Assembly (NCBI GenBank): GCA_965217585.1
Contig: OZ244561.1
Span: 3,744,001 to 3,808,000, forward strand
Reading direction: 5' to 3'
Source: Candidatus Latescibacterota bacterium
GTDB lineage: Bacteria > Latescibacterota > UBA2968 > UBA8231
DNA: 64,000 nt
The translations under genes were made by a program, and so were the position numbers. Each line of letters opens with the position of its first letter. The first letter of the stretch is position 1. The notes under the pieces are model-generated. The model made no database searches, was not told the origin of the DNA, and saw nothing but the letters and a program-made list of their open reading frames with translations. This document shows positions 48,970 to 58,542 of this stretch, one piece after another.

Positions 48970-49770
48970 ATGACCGTTGAAGAAACCCTTTTTCATCTAA
49001 AGCTACACGGATGGTGCCTCGTCGAAAACGTCATCCCCGAATCAGCAGTCAATGGAGTACGGCAAAGTATCGAAGCCACCGCAGCCGAGTACGCCCGTCC
49101 AGATGCCGACAGCATCAACATTCCCGACGTCCTCAATGTCAACCAGTCTTTTGCCCCATACCTAGCCCACGAGGCGATCCTAAAACCGCTACAGGCCTTA
49201 TGGGGGCCCTACGTGCGCATGCGCACCGCCAAAGGGTTTGTCTCCAAGCCGGGCTGCCAAGGAGGCAGCCTACACGCGGATGGTCCCTACATCCAATCGG
49301 CTCCCATGCGAATGAACGCGCCGTATCAGGACTTCATCGCCAAGGTCACCGCAGTCTGGATGTTGTCGCCGTTTACCAAAGAGAACGGCGGCACCTTGCT
49401 GGTGCCTGGAAGCCATCGCGCGGACAACAATCGCACCGGCGGACTCGACCTGCCCGTTCCCCACCCCGGCCAAATACAAGCTACTGGACCAGCCGGCAGC
49501 GTAGTGCTGTTCGACGCCCGCACTTGGCACGGCAGCGGCAGCAACAACAGCGACGAGGACCGAGTGGGCTTGGTTATGGCGTATTTCCCCTGGTGGCTCG
49601 CCCAAGACCCATCCATGCCGCCGGACACGCCCGAGCGCCAGCGTCTCACTGAGGAAACGGGCTTGAGCGATGAAGAACTCGGGGCGGGCACCCCCCTGTT
49701 GCCCACAGAGGTCTATCGAGCATTGCCCGAAGAGGTGAAGCCGCTATTACGGCATTGGGTGCGGCCCTAA
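48970..49770 (+). CDS. Phytanoyl-CoA dioxygenase (PhyH) family protein
   Basis: LHAD, NGGTLLVPGSH, WHG. Confidence 0.88.
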   Translation: MTVEETLFHLKLHGWCLVENVIPESAVNGVRQSIEATAAEYARPDADSINIPDVLNVNQSFAPYLAHEAILKPLQALWGPYVRMRTAKGFVSKPGCQGGSLHADGPYIQSAPMRMNAPYQDFIAKVTAVWMLSPFTKENGGTLLVPGSHRADNNRTGGLDLPVPHPGQIQATGPAGSVVLFDARTWHGSGSNNSDEDRVGLVMAYFPWWLAQDPSMPPDTPERQRLTEETGLSDEELGAGTPLLPTEVYRALPEEVKPLLRHWVRP

Positions 49771-49777
49771 CCCTGTA

Positions 49778-51697
49778 TTACATGTTCGTCAGCCAGCGCC
49801 CTTTTTCCGCGGTCAGCGCATAGATCGCGCCCCACACCCCCGAGACCGAAACCTCGCCCAAAATCAACCCCAAAAAGAACGGCTTGGCATTCTGGAACAG
49901 GCGCACGCCACCAAAGCGGACGATGACCAACTTCAAAAGCCACGCGATCAGCGCCGAAAACCAGATCTGACTCGTCAGCCAGCCCACGGCAATGGCAAAG
50001 CCGACCGGGTGCAAAGGCCACCAAAACCACCGGTGCTGCGCCCACATTAGAAAGCCCTCCACAGCCGCGCCGATCCCCTTGAAGAGCCAGCCACGCATGT
50101 TGGCCTCGGGCATGTTGAGAATGGTCGGGCCGAGGTAGGGCCAGCCGTGGGCACCGGCCCAATTGATCAGCGACAGATTAATCGCTCCGTGGGTGTAGGC
50201 CAGTTTCAAGGTCATGTAGGCCGCGGCCAAAAGGCTGCACACCAGCGCCAGCATCAGGCCCCAAAACAGCCGCGTCTTGGGGCCGGGGACCAGCTCGGCG
50301 AGTTTGAGGCCGTTGGCGCAGGCGACCATCGGCGAAGTGCGCGATTCGCCCTGCCAAATAAAGGTGAAGTTGAGGGCGACCAAGCCCTTGGCCCCGAGGA
50401 CCGAGGTGCCCAAGCCCGAAATAATGAAGAACGCCGGGACAATGGGGCTGCGGGCGGTGGCCACGCCGCCGGTGGCCACCACGCGCGCGACCAAGATGAA
50501 GAACAGCAAGCTGACGACGAGCAAGACCGGGAGCACCGCAATGGGCACTCCCGAACGCCAGAGCCAGACGGCGACAAAGAGCAGGCTGCCCAAAAAGCCG
50601 ACCAAGGCCGTGCGATAGCTGAGTAATTCCTCGCTGTCATCGACGCCACCGTGCGGATCCCAGAGTTTGCTCCACACCTCTTTGAGATGGGGACGGGCGG
50701 TCCACAGTCCAAAGAGTACCAACACAATGACCGCGCCGGTGGCTTGGTGAGTCAGGTCAGCCGGCTGCGAGTACTCGTACGCGCTCAGGCGCTCGGTGCT
50801 GGCAATGCCGAGGGTCTTGAAGACCCCTTCCTCCACCTTGGAGAAGACGTAAAAGAACCAGATGCTGAACGTGATCTCGAGATTGACCAAGTAGAAGAAG
50901 CCGACCCAAGCCAAGTTGAGCGCAATCGGCAGGTGCAAGGTATGGTTGAAGAAGGAAAAACGGCCACTGGGGCGGTATTCGGGCACGATGGGGAAGTAGT
51001 GGTTGAGGGCGTTGAGGCTGAGCAAGATGAAGGGCACGGCAAACCCCAGCCACATCCGCTGGTCCTTGAAAAAGGGGGCTAGACGTACGGCAGCGTCCTT
51101 CTCAATCATGTTCTGCGGTAGCTGAACCATCGGATAGGTCAGCCGCTCGTGCTCCGACCATTGGCGGTGGAGGATGGCGCTCATGCAGATCAACATGAAG
51201 CTCATGGCCACGATCAACGCCAACCAGTAAGCCATCGGCTCCACCCAAACGCTCCACGGAATAGACTCACCTTGCGGCAGGCCCTCGTAGTAATTCTTGA
51301 TGGCCTCAAAGTCCTGCGGCGCGATCCACGCGGGGATAAAGTCGTAGAACAGCTCGACGTAGTTGTTTTCTGGGGTGGCGTAGTAGAAGGGATAGACGAT
51401 GGTGCCAATGAGGAAGAACATCAGGCCCCAAGTCGGCACGGTGACCGCCATCATCAACATGCAGTAAATCAGCACCAGGTCGGCTTTGGACAGGGCGAAA
51501 TGGCGGCCGATCAGGGCCACGAACCCATTGACGGCAAAGGTCAGGACAAAAAAGAGAAAGAGGGCACCCGGCGACGAGGGATTGAAGCCGACCCAATAGT
51601 AATTGAACACGACCCCATACGGCGCGAGCAGACCGACCGCTAGGGAGAGAGCTACGCCGGTTAGCAGTCCCTTGATGCTGAAAGGCGAATTGGGCAT
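49778..51697 (-). CDS. DUF6785/DUF6784-type polytopic membrane protein
   Basis: YYATPENNY, RQWSEHERLTYP, WWPLHPVGF. Confidence 0.8.
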   Translation of the reverse strand: MPNSPFSIKGLLTGVALSLAVGLLAPYGVVFNYYWVGFNPSSPGALFLFFVLTFAVNGFVALIGRHFALSKADLVLIYCMLMMAVTVPTWGLMFFLIGTIVYPFYYATPENNYVELFYDFIPAWIAPQDFEAIKNYYEGLPQGESIPWSVWVEPMAYWLALIVAMSFMLICMSAILHRQWSEHERLTYPMVQLPQNMIEKDAAVRLAPFFKDQRMWLGFAVPFILLSLNALNHYFPIVPEYRPSGRFSFFNHTLHLPIALNLAWVGFFYLVNLEITFSIWFFYVFSKVEEGVFKTLGIASTERLSAYEYSQPADLTHQATGAVIVLVLFGLWTARPHLKEVWSKLWDPHGGVDDSEELLSYRTALVGFLGSLLFVAVWLWRSGVPIAVLPVLLVVSLLFFILVARVVATGGVATARSPIVPAFFIISGLGTSVLGAKGLVALNFTFIWQGESRTSPMVACANGLKLAELVPGPKTRLFWGLMLALVCSLLAAAYMTLKLAYTHGAINLSLINWAGAHGWPYLGPTILNMPEANMRGWLFKGIGAAVEGFLMWAQHRWFWWPLHPVGFAIAVGWLTSQIWFSALIAWLLKLVIVRFGGVRLFQNAKPFFLGLILGEVSVSGVWGAIYALTAEKGRWLTNM

Positions 51698-51720
51698 GCC
51701 GGCGAGCGCAGTCGAGTACC

Positions 51721-52506
51721 CTACTCGGCGGCCGAGGCGGCCAAAAGTCCCCCATCCACCGGCAGGGACGCCCCGGTGATACAGCCGGCAGCCGACGAGC
51801 AGAGGAAGACCACCGCCCGACCAATATCTTCGGGAGTTCCCGGACGACGCAGAGGAACTATCTCACGGTGCTGCTCGCCAAGGATGCCCAACGCCGGAGG
51901 CGGTTCGTTAAAGACGTGATCGGTGTCCATGTATCCGGGCATGATGGCGTTGCAGCGGATTCCGTATTCGCCCAAGTCAACGGCCATGCTTTCGGTCAGG
52001 CGCAAGACGCCGGCCTTGGCAGCCCCGTACGCAGTGTCATTCTTCCACGCCCGACGCCCGTGCACCGAGGAGGTGCTGACGATGGCTCCTCCGTCGCCCT
52101 GCGCCACCATAGCGCGCGCCGCTTGCTGCGAGCACAAGAAAAAACCCTTGAGGCCCACGTCGAGATTTTGGTCCCAATTCTCCTCGCTGAGTTCGAGAAA
52201 GTGCTCGCCCGTGCCGCCGTAGGGGTTATTTACCAAGATGTCAATGCGGCCAAACCGTTCGAAAAAGGCCGCGAACATCGCCTCAACTTGGTCGCTAGCG
52301 GAAATATCGCCGGCGAAAAACTCGGCCTCGCGGCCCATGGCGCGGACCAAGCCCAAGGTTTTGCCGACATCCTCGTCGTCGTGCAGATCGTTGATCCCCA
52401 CGTCGCAGCCGGCTTCGGCCAAGGCTAGGGTGATGCCGCGACCAATGCGGCGCTTGCCGCCAGTGACGAAGGCTTTTTTTCCATGTAGCGAATATGGATC
52501 GGACAT
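51721..52506 (-). CDS. Short-chain dehydrogenase/reductase
   Basis: TGGKRRIG, DILVNN, YGAAK, PVDGG. Confidence 0.92.
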   Translation of the reverse strand: MSDPYSLHGKKAFVTGGKRRIGRGITLALAEAGCDVGINDLHDDEDVGKTLGLVRAMGREAEFFAGDISASDQVEAMFAAFFERFGRIDILVNNPYGGTGEHFLELSEENWDQNLDVGLKGFFLCSQQAARAMVAQGDGGAIVSTSSVHGRRAWKNDTAYGAAKAGVLRLTESMAVDLGEYGIRCNAIMPGYMDTDHVFNEPPPALGILGEQHREIVPLRRPGTPEDIGRAVVFLCSSAAGCITGASLPVDGGLLAASAAE

Positions 52507-52573
52507 ATTGTGCTCCTTATTGGGCTAAGAGACCGTCTTAACATTCCAACGGTACCCCAAAAACATCATCTCC

Positions 52574-52605
52574 CATCTGCGCTCATCTGCGTTCATCTGC
52601 GGATT
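52574..52605. repeat. Short 10-bp tandem repeat (CATCTGCG-N2)x3-GATT, copy 1
   Basis: CATCTGCGCTCATCTGCGTTCATCTGCGGATT; similar to 58497-58526. Confidence 0.75.
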
Positions 52606-53340
52606 CTAAACAATCTCGGGATGTTCGTGTATCGAGGGGGTGGCCATGATGCGCTTTTGGCGTTCGGTCAGCTCGCCGTACTCTTCGAGGTTGTAAAACT
52701 CCTTGGCCCACGTCGAGTAGCCGGGGCTGTACTTATAGAGCAAGGTGCGGCGCTGATGCTCGGAGCGCCACGGCATGGTCCCGTGGATGAGGGCCTCGGT
52801 AAAGAACAGCGCATCCCCGGCCTTAGCTGTCGGTTGGACCACGTAATGCGCGTCGCGCTCAAAGACTCTGACATCTTGGGGCAGGTTGCGGGGGTAGTTG
52901 GTCTTGTGGCTGCCCGGCACGCAGGCAAAGCCGCCGTCGCCCTCATTGGCATCGGCGAGAAAAAAGGTCACCACGCTCAGGCCATTGCGCATTTGGCCGT
53001 CGCGGTAACTGAACCAGTGGTCGGAATCTTGGCTAGGGCCGCCGTGCAGACCACCCCGGGCGTCGCCGCGATTCATGATAATGGCATAGTCGTGGTCAAT
53101 GCGGACCTTGGAGCCGATGAGCTCGACTAAGTAGGGCAGGATTTTGGGGTGATCAATCAGGTTTTTGGTGGCTTGGCCCCAGCTACTGACCTTGTTCAGG
53201 TCGTTGCGGGGATGGTTGTCCCAGCCGGCGATGTACCGGTCCACCAACGCGTTGAGATCGTCCAACTCCTGCGGGCTGAGGACGTCTTTGATGACTAGAT
53301 AGCCCTCCAAGTCAAAGACGAATTTTTCTTCTTCGTTCAT
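52606..53340 (-). CDS. Phytanoyl-CoA dioxygenase (PhyH) family protein
   Basis: Start MNEEEKFVFDLEGY; GGFACVPGSH, ALIHGT. Confidence 0.85.
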   Translation of the reverse strand: MNEEEKFVFDLEGYLVIKDVLSPQELDDLNALVDRYIAGWDNHPRNDLNKVSSWGQATKNLIDHPKILPYLVELIGSKVRIDHDYAIIMNRGDARGGLHGGPSQDSDHWFSYRDGQMRNGLSVVTFFLADANEGDGGFACVPGSHKTNYPRNLPQDVRVFERDAHYVVQPTAKAGDALFFTEALIHGTMPWRSEHQRRTLLYKYSPGYSTWAKEFYNLEEYGELTERQKRIMATPSIHEHPEIV

Positions 53341-53351
53341 GGCTTGCTCCT

Positions 53352-54908
53352 TTACGCGTAAATATCCTGCATCTGATAGGCGTCGAGCGAGAGCAACTCG
53401 GCACTCTGGCCCTGTGCCCGCAGCGAGACCCCGACGCTGTCGGCGCGGTCGGGATAAACCCGCGCGGCCACGCATTGTTGATCGTTGGCAAAGACTTCAA
53501 CGACGCTCTTATCGACGAAGACCCGCAGCTTGAGCGTCTCGCCTGGGGCGAGGACAACCGGCGCGGTCTCTGGGGCGCGGGAGAGGACGTCGGGCGCGAC
53601 AGAAGAATACGAGGTGTCGAGCGAGATCAAACTCTGGTGGTGGTCGCTGCCAAAGACGCGATTGCTGAAGCCTCGGTTTTTGAAGAAGGCGATGCGCGTG
53701 TACTCCTCCCTGCCGGCAGCGCGTAGGACGTTGAGTTCGACCATGGGCGCGTCTTGGGGATCGATTTCGGCGACGATTTCCATGGCGTTGCCGCGGACCG
53801 CATCGAGGACGAGCTCTTCATTGGCGGGGAGGGTGGTTTTGCCAACGCGCTGGTGGTCCCGCCTGAGCGACGCTAGGTCGCCGGCCGGCTCCATAGCCAA
53901 CTCGTCGCCAACGACGGTCAGCCGACGGGGCAAGGTCATAATCTGGTTCCAGCCCTTGGTCGGTTTGCCGGGGTTCATGTTGAAGATGGTCAAGACGCCG
54001 CCTTGGCCATCGGGGGTCGCCGAAGGAGCGTGGACGCCCGAGGGCGCGGCCGCGCCAAAGTTGAACTTGGCACCGTAGGTCACGACGAACTTGTCGCGCT
54101 CAGTGTCGTAGTCGCCGAGCAGGTACTGACCGCCGCTTCTATGGCTGAAGAAGAGGAGAATGTGGCGGTCGCCAATGGGCCAAAAATAAGGGCAGGCTCC
54201 GTCGTCGCCGACTAGCGTGTACCCGTCGTCCTCGACGAAAGGGTGGAGATACTCCCAGTGTTCGAGATCTCTCGACTTGAAGAGGAAGTTAGCGCGGACG
54301 GGTTTGCCAGCCGGGCCTTCGGGTTTGGTGCCCGCCGACAGCGAGTAGTACGCATCGCCCTGCTTCCAGATGCAGGGGTCGAAGACTCGGTAGGGCAGGG
54401 CGGAACCGTCGGCCGAGCGGATGGGGATCACAGCCTTGTTGGCGACCTTTTCCCAGTTGAGCAATAGCGGGTCCGAAGAAGTGGCGACCATGTTGCCGAC
54501 CTCGGTGCCGTGGTACATGGCAATGACGCGATCTTCCTCGACTAGCGCGGCCCCTGAATAACAGCAACGCTCTGGGTTCGGATAAATGCAGTAGGGCAGG
54601 TCGCGCCAGTGGACGAGGTCGTCGCTTATGGCGTGGCCCCAGTGCTGACGGGTATCCTCCGGTGGGTAGGCTTGGTAGAAGAGATGGTAGCGGCCCTGCC
54701 AGAAGCAAAGCCCGTTGGGGTCGTTGAGATTGGCTTCGGGGTTGATATAATGGTAGATGGGTCGGTGTGGGTCGCCGGCGTACGAGCGGCGCGCTTCGAG
54801 CAGACGCTGCATCAGCGGGTTGGTCGCCAGCGCCTCCTCCTGTCCGGCCAAGGTGTCGGGGAAGGTGTAATAGGGGACCTTTGAAGTGTAGTCGGGCGCG
54901 GCAGTCAT
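53352..54908 (-). CDS. Glycoside hydrolase family 32 protein
   Basis: HRPIYH, NDPNG, HWGHA, LPRRL, VDKSVVEVF. Confidence 0.88.
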   Translation of the reverse strand: MTAAPDYTSKVPYYTFPDTLAGQEEALATNPLMQRLLEARRSYAGDPHRPIYHYINPEANLNDPNGLCFWQGRYHLFYQAYPPEDTRQHWGHAISDDLVHWRDLPYCIYPNPERCCYSGAALVEEDRVIAMYHGTEVGNMVATSSDPLLLNWEKVANKAVIPIRSADGSALPYRVFDPCIWKQGDAYYSLSAGTKPEGPAGKPVRANFLFKSRDLEHWEYLHPFVEDDGYTLVGDDGACPYFWPIGDRHILLFFSHRSGGQYLLGDYDTERDKFVVTYGAKFNFGAAAPSGVHAPSATPDGQGGVLTIFNMNPGKPTKGWNQIMTLPRRLTVVGDELAMEPAGDLASLRRDHQRVGKTTLPANEELVLDAVRGNAMEIVAEIDPQDAPMVELNVLRAAGREEYTRIAFFKNRGFSNRVFGSDHHQSLISLDTSYSSVAPDVLSRAPETAPVVLAPGETLKLRVFVDKSVVEVFANDQQCVAARVYPDRADSVGVSLRAQGQSAELLSLDAYQMQDIYA

Positions 54909-55077
54909 GGGATCCTCCGGTTTGGTGAGTGGTCGTTAGGGCGGCGAGAAAGTATAGGTCTTGCGCGGGCGTCAATCCAGTCTTGGTCAGAAGACAACGC
55001 GCCGCTGCCCATGCAGTCGGATTGACAACCGCCGTGCGAATACGCTCTATTCCCTTTAATTGCATCCCAACAAGCCC

Positions 55078-56055
55078 ATGCGCATAGACTGCCAGACCCA
55101 TATTTTCCCCGTCGAATACGCGGAAGTTTTGGCCCAAAATCCCGAGTGGCCACAAACCTTGGTGGAAGCCGACCAATTCGTTCTCACCTATAAAGACGCT
55201 CAGACGTTTGTCATGGGGCGGGAGGCTTATGGCGTCAAGCGCAAGCTGAATGCCATGGACGCGGCCGGTATCGACATCAGCGCACTGAGCGTGAATATGC
55301 CCGGGCCGGAAAACCTCGCACCGGAGCTAGCGGTCCCCGCCGCCCGCGCTGGCAACGACGCCTTGGCCGAAGCCGTGGCACAGCACCCAGACCGCTTCGT
55401 CGGCTTGGCCTGCTTGCCTTGGCAGAGCACCGAAGATGCGCTGGCGGAGTTGGAACGCGCCGTCGTCACCCTCGGCCACCGAGGAGTGATGCTCTATTCG
55501 CACATTGTGGGCGTCGAGGTGGACGACGTGGCGTTGGATCCGCTGTATCGGCGCATCGCCGAACTAGGCGTTCCGGTCGTCCTGCATCCGAGCGTGCCGC
55601 CTTGGGGCGAGGCCATCAAGCACCACTCCATGATCCCCATGGCGGGTTTGATGGTACATCAGAGTTTTGCCACCTTGCAGTTGATTTTGGGCGGCGTCCT
55701 CGAACGCCATCCTCAACTCAAGGTCGTGCAGCCGCACTGCGGCGGTGTGCTGCCGTATCTGTGGGGGCGCGTCGAACACCAGACCGAGACCTTGTGCCGG
55801 GGCCGGGCGCAGATCAGTCAACCTGTCGGCAGCTACTATGAACGAGTTTATTTAGACGTGGTCTCCCCTTGGCCGCCAGCACTGAGGCTCGCCTATGAGT
55901 TTGCCGGCAGCGACCGGCTGCTCTTTGCCAGCGATCATCCGTGGGTGGAGATCGACGTGTTGAGTCGGCTGGTGGAGGACATGGACATTCCCGCCGAAGA
56001 CAAAGACGACATTTTCGGCCGCAACGCCTGCGCGCTGTTTGGAATCAGCGGCTAA
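55078..56055 (+). CDS. Amidohydrolase_2 family metal-dependent hydrolase/decarboxylase
   Basis: IDCQTH, VLHP, PHCGG, LFASDHP. Confidence 0.88.
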   Translation: MRIDCQTHIFPVEYAEVLAQNPEWPQTLVEADQFVLTYKDAQTFVMGREAYGVKRKLNAMDAAGIDISALSVNMPGPENLAPELAVPAARAGNDALAEAVAQHPDRFVGLACLPWQSTEDALAELERAVVTLGHRGVMLYSHIVGVEVDDVALDPLYRRIAELGVPVVLHPSVPPWGEAIKHHSMIPMAGLMVHQSFATLQLILGGVLERHPQLKVVQPHCGGVLPYLWGRVEHQTETLCRGRAQISQPVGSYYERVYLDVVSPWPPALRLAYEFAGSDRLLFASDHPWVEIDVLSRLVEDMDIPAEDKDDIFGRNACALFGISG

Positions 56056-56086
56056 CCGCGCCATTGCAAAAAGGAGCAAATCTTCC

Positions 56087-56749
56087 ATGGTCAAACCTGA
56101 AGTACTAGACGCCTTTAAGGAATTCGACTCGCCGACGATTTTCAACGCCATCGTGTTAAAGTGCGGCCTGCCCAACGAAGAGTACACCGACCACCGGATC
56201 CGCTATCTGCTACCGGAATTGGGGCCGATCATCGGCTATGCGGTGACCGCGGAAGTAACGACCAACGATCCAGATTCCGTAGTAGCACCTTGGGAGGAGT
56301 ATTACGAGTCGATTGACTCTATGGAGGGACCCGTGGTCGCGGTGATGAAGGATGTGGACTCGCGCCCTGGACGCGGGGCCAGTTTTGGCGACGGCATGGC
56401 GCGGCTGCACCAGCGGCTAGGTGCGGTGGGGGCCATTGTCGATGGAACGGTGCGCGACTTGGAGGGGATCCGCCGGGTCGGGCTGCCGATCTTCGCCTGG
56501 GGGATGGTGCCAGGGCACGGAGTATTCAACGCGACGCGGGTCAACGCGCCGGTTACCGTAGGGTCGGTGCGGATTCGGCCGGGGGACCTGATCTTTGGCG
56601 ATGGCGACGGATGCGTGCGCATTCCGCTGGAGCACGCAGAGGAGGTGTTGGAACTGGCAGCAGAGGTGCGGGCCAAAGAAGCGGAGATCTTCGCGTTGTA
56701 CGATTCGGACGACTTTTCCCTCGCCAAGTGGCGAGAATCGCGCCAATAG
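56087..56749 (+). CDS. RraA family / HMG aldolase-like protein
   Basis: GYAVT, FGDGM, DGTVRD, PGDLIFGDGDG. Confidence 0.88.
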   Translation: MVKPEVLDAFKEFDSPTIFNAIVLKCGLPNEEYTDHRIRYLLPELGPIIGYAVTAEVTTNDPDSVVAPWEEYYESIDSMEGPVVAVMKDVDSRPGRGASFGDGMARLHQRLGAVGAIVDGTVRDLEGIRRVGLPIFAWGMVPGHGVFNATRVNAPVTVGSVRIRPGDLIFGDGDGCVRIPLEHAEEVLELAAEVRAKEAEIFALYDSDDFSLAKWRESRQ

Positions 56750-56784
56750 GGGCGTGCCCTCATCGCCGCCCAAAGGAGGACATC

Positions 56785-57660
56785 ATGGAGGCCACCACGG
56801 TAAAAATTGATCCCAAAGAAGAAATCGGCTTTATGACGGTCGATGAGACTGATTTTGCCGCTTTCTCCCTGAGCCAGCAGATCCGCCATCTCGAAATGGA
56901 GGGCTACGTGCTCCTGCCGGATGTGCTCGACGCCGAGCACATTGCGGCGCTAAAGGCCGAGCTGAAAAACCTGCCGATGGGGCACAAGGACTACAGCGAG
57001 GCCCAAACCTTCCACCACGAACCCCAATGTACAAACCGAGCGGTGGCCGAGCTGATCGGCTATCCGCCGATCGCGGAATTCCTCAAAGCGCTCATGGGGC
57101 CGGACATCGTCTTTACGCACGGGCTTTTTACTCGCACGCTCTCCGGCTCGCCGGGCATTTCAATGCACACCGACGGCCAGCCATTCGGCTCGTCGATTTT
57201 TGGCTTCGAGGGCTCTTCGCCGCGCCTTTTGCGGGTGCTCTACTACCTCGATGACCTGCCGCCCGAGCGCGCACCCTTCCGGCTCATTCCGCGCTCCCAT
57301 CTCTCGTTTCACGCCCAAGCCAACCCGTACGTGCGCTATGTCTCGCACCCACAGGAGATTACCCTCTGTGCCAAGGCCGGTTCGGTCGTCATGATACCCG
57401 CTCTCCTCTTCCACGGCACCCATCCCAACAAGGACTTGGCCCCTCGGGAACTGATCCAGTTCGGCTACCGGCCGGCTTGGGCGGGGCCGGTTCAGCCGAT
57501 GGAGGAGTGGGACTCGGAATGGGTGGAGAACGCGCCGGCAGCGGCCAAACCTTTTCTCCAAAGCCGCAACACTTCCGGCAAGGAGTGGAAACAGGTACAC
57601 AAACCCCAGGGCATGCAGCGCGCCGCACCCGGCATCAATCCAGACCGCTGGGGGAACTAA
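56785..57660 (+). CDS. Phytanoyl-CoA dioxygenase (PhyH) family protein
   Basis: RBS GGAGG; MHTDG, IPRSH, LFHGT. Confidence 0.85.
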   Translation: MEATTVKIDPKEEIGFMTVDETDFAAFSLSQQIRHLEMEGYVLLPDVLDAEHIAALKAELKNLPMGHKDYSEAQTFHHEPQCTNRAVAELIGYPPIAEFLKALMGPDIVFTHGLFTRTLSGSPGISMHTDGQPFGSSIFGFEGSSPRLLRVLYYLDDLPPERAPFRLIPRSHLSFHAQANPYVRYVSHPQEITLCAKAGSVVMIPALLFHGTHPNKDLAPRELIQFGYRPAWAGPVQPMEEWDSEWVENAPAAAKPFLQSRNTSGKEWKQVHKPQGMQRAAPGINPDRWGN

Positions 57661-57673
57661 GGAGGAGCACATC

Positions 57674-58411
57674 GTGAAACTAGCTGAACTCACTTGGCCC
57701 GACTTGGAGCAGGTGTCCAGAGACGACACGGTAGTAGTATATCCCATCGCGGCGTTTGAGCAGCACGGGCCGCATCTGCCGTTTATAACGGACACCGCTG
57801 AGGTCGCCGCCATCGTCGATCGCCTCGACGCGGAGATTCCCGATCAGGTCCTCTGTCTCCCTGCGCAGTGGCTGGGCTATTCCCCGCACCATCTGCGGTT
57901 TAAGGGCACGATAACTGCCCAATCAGAGACTCACATCAACATGATCGTCGATACCGTAAGCAGCATGGTCCACGCCGACTTCGACAAGATCGCCATAGTC
58001 AACGGCCACGGCGGGAATGTCCCCAATATGAACGTCGCCCTCCAGCGCCTGATGGAGCAGTGCCCAGACGCGAGAATCTATGGGACCTCCTGGTTCGCCT
58101 ACGACGAGCTAGGCCAGATCAGGGAGGCGGGGCCCCACGGTTGGGGGCACGCGGGCGAGATGGAAACTTCGGTGATGATGGCCCTGCATCCCGAATGGGT
58201 CAAAGCAGACCGCCTGCAAAAGGACGGCCATCCGCCGCAATCTGAGCGCGCCGCCCAAGTCGCTCGCTACCGGTGGATCCACCAATCGACCGACCAAGGC
58301 ACCTACGGCGACCCCACCTTCGGGTCCGCCGAAAAGGGGGAGCGCTTCATCCGCGCCGCGGTCGAGATACTGGTCCGCATTGTCGAGGATATAAGAAAGG
58401 GGCACTTGTAG
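57674..58411 (+). CDS. Creatininase family amidohydrolase
   Basis: EQHGPHLP..TD, NGHGGN, HAGEMETS. Confidence 0.92.
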   Translation: MKLAELTWPDLEQVSRDDTVVVYPIAAFEQHGPHLPFITDTAEVAAIVDRLDAEIPDQVLCLPAQWLGYSPHHLRFKGTITAQSETHINMIVDTVSSMVHADFDKIAIVNGHGGNVPNMNVALQRLMEQCPDARIYGTSWFAYDELGQIREAGPHGWGHAGEMETSVMMALHPEWVKADRLQKDGHPPQSERAAQVARYRWIHQSTDQGTYGDPTFGSAEKGERFIRAAVEILVRIVEDIRKGHL

Positions 58412-58496
58412 CGCGGACCCGACTTTTTTAATGATGGATATAGCAACCCTGAATGACTTGAACGATTCGAGCTGCGGATCGTCTTGTTTCTACTAT

Positions 58497-58526
58497 TCTG
58501 CGTCCATCTGCGTCCATCTGCGGATT
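58497..58526. repeat. Short 10-bp tandem repeat, copy 2
   Basis: TCTGCGTCCATCTGCGTCCATCTGCGGATT. Confidence 0.75.
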
Positions 58527-58542
58527 TAGAGGAGAATATGCC

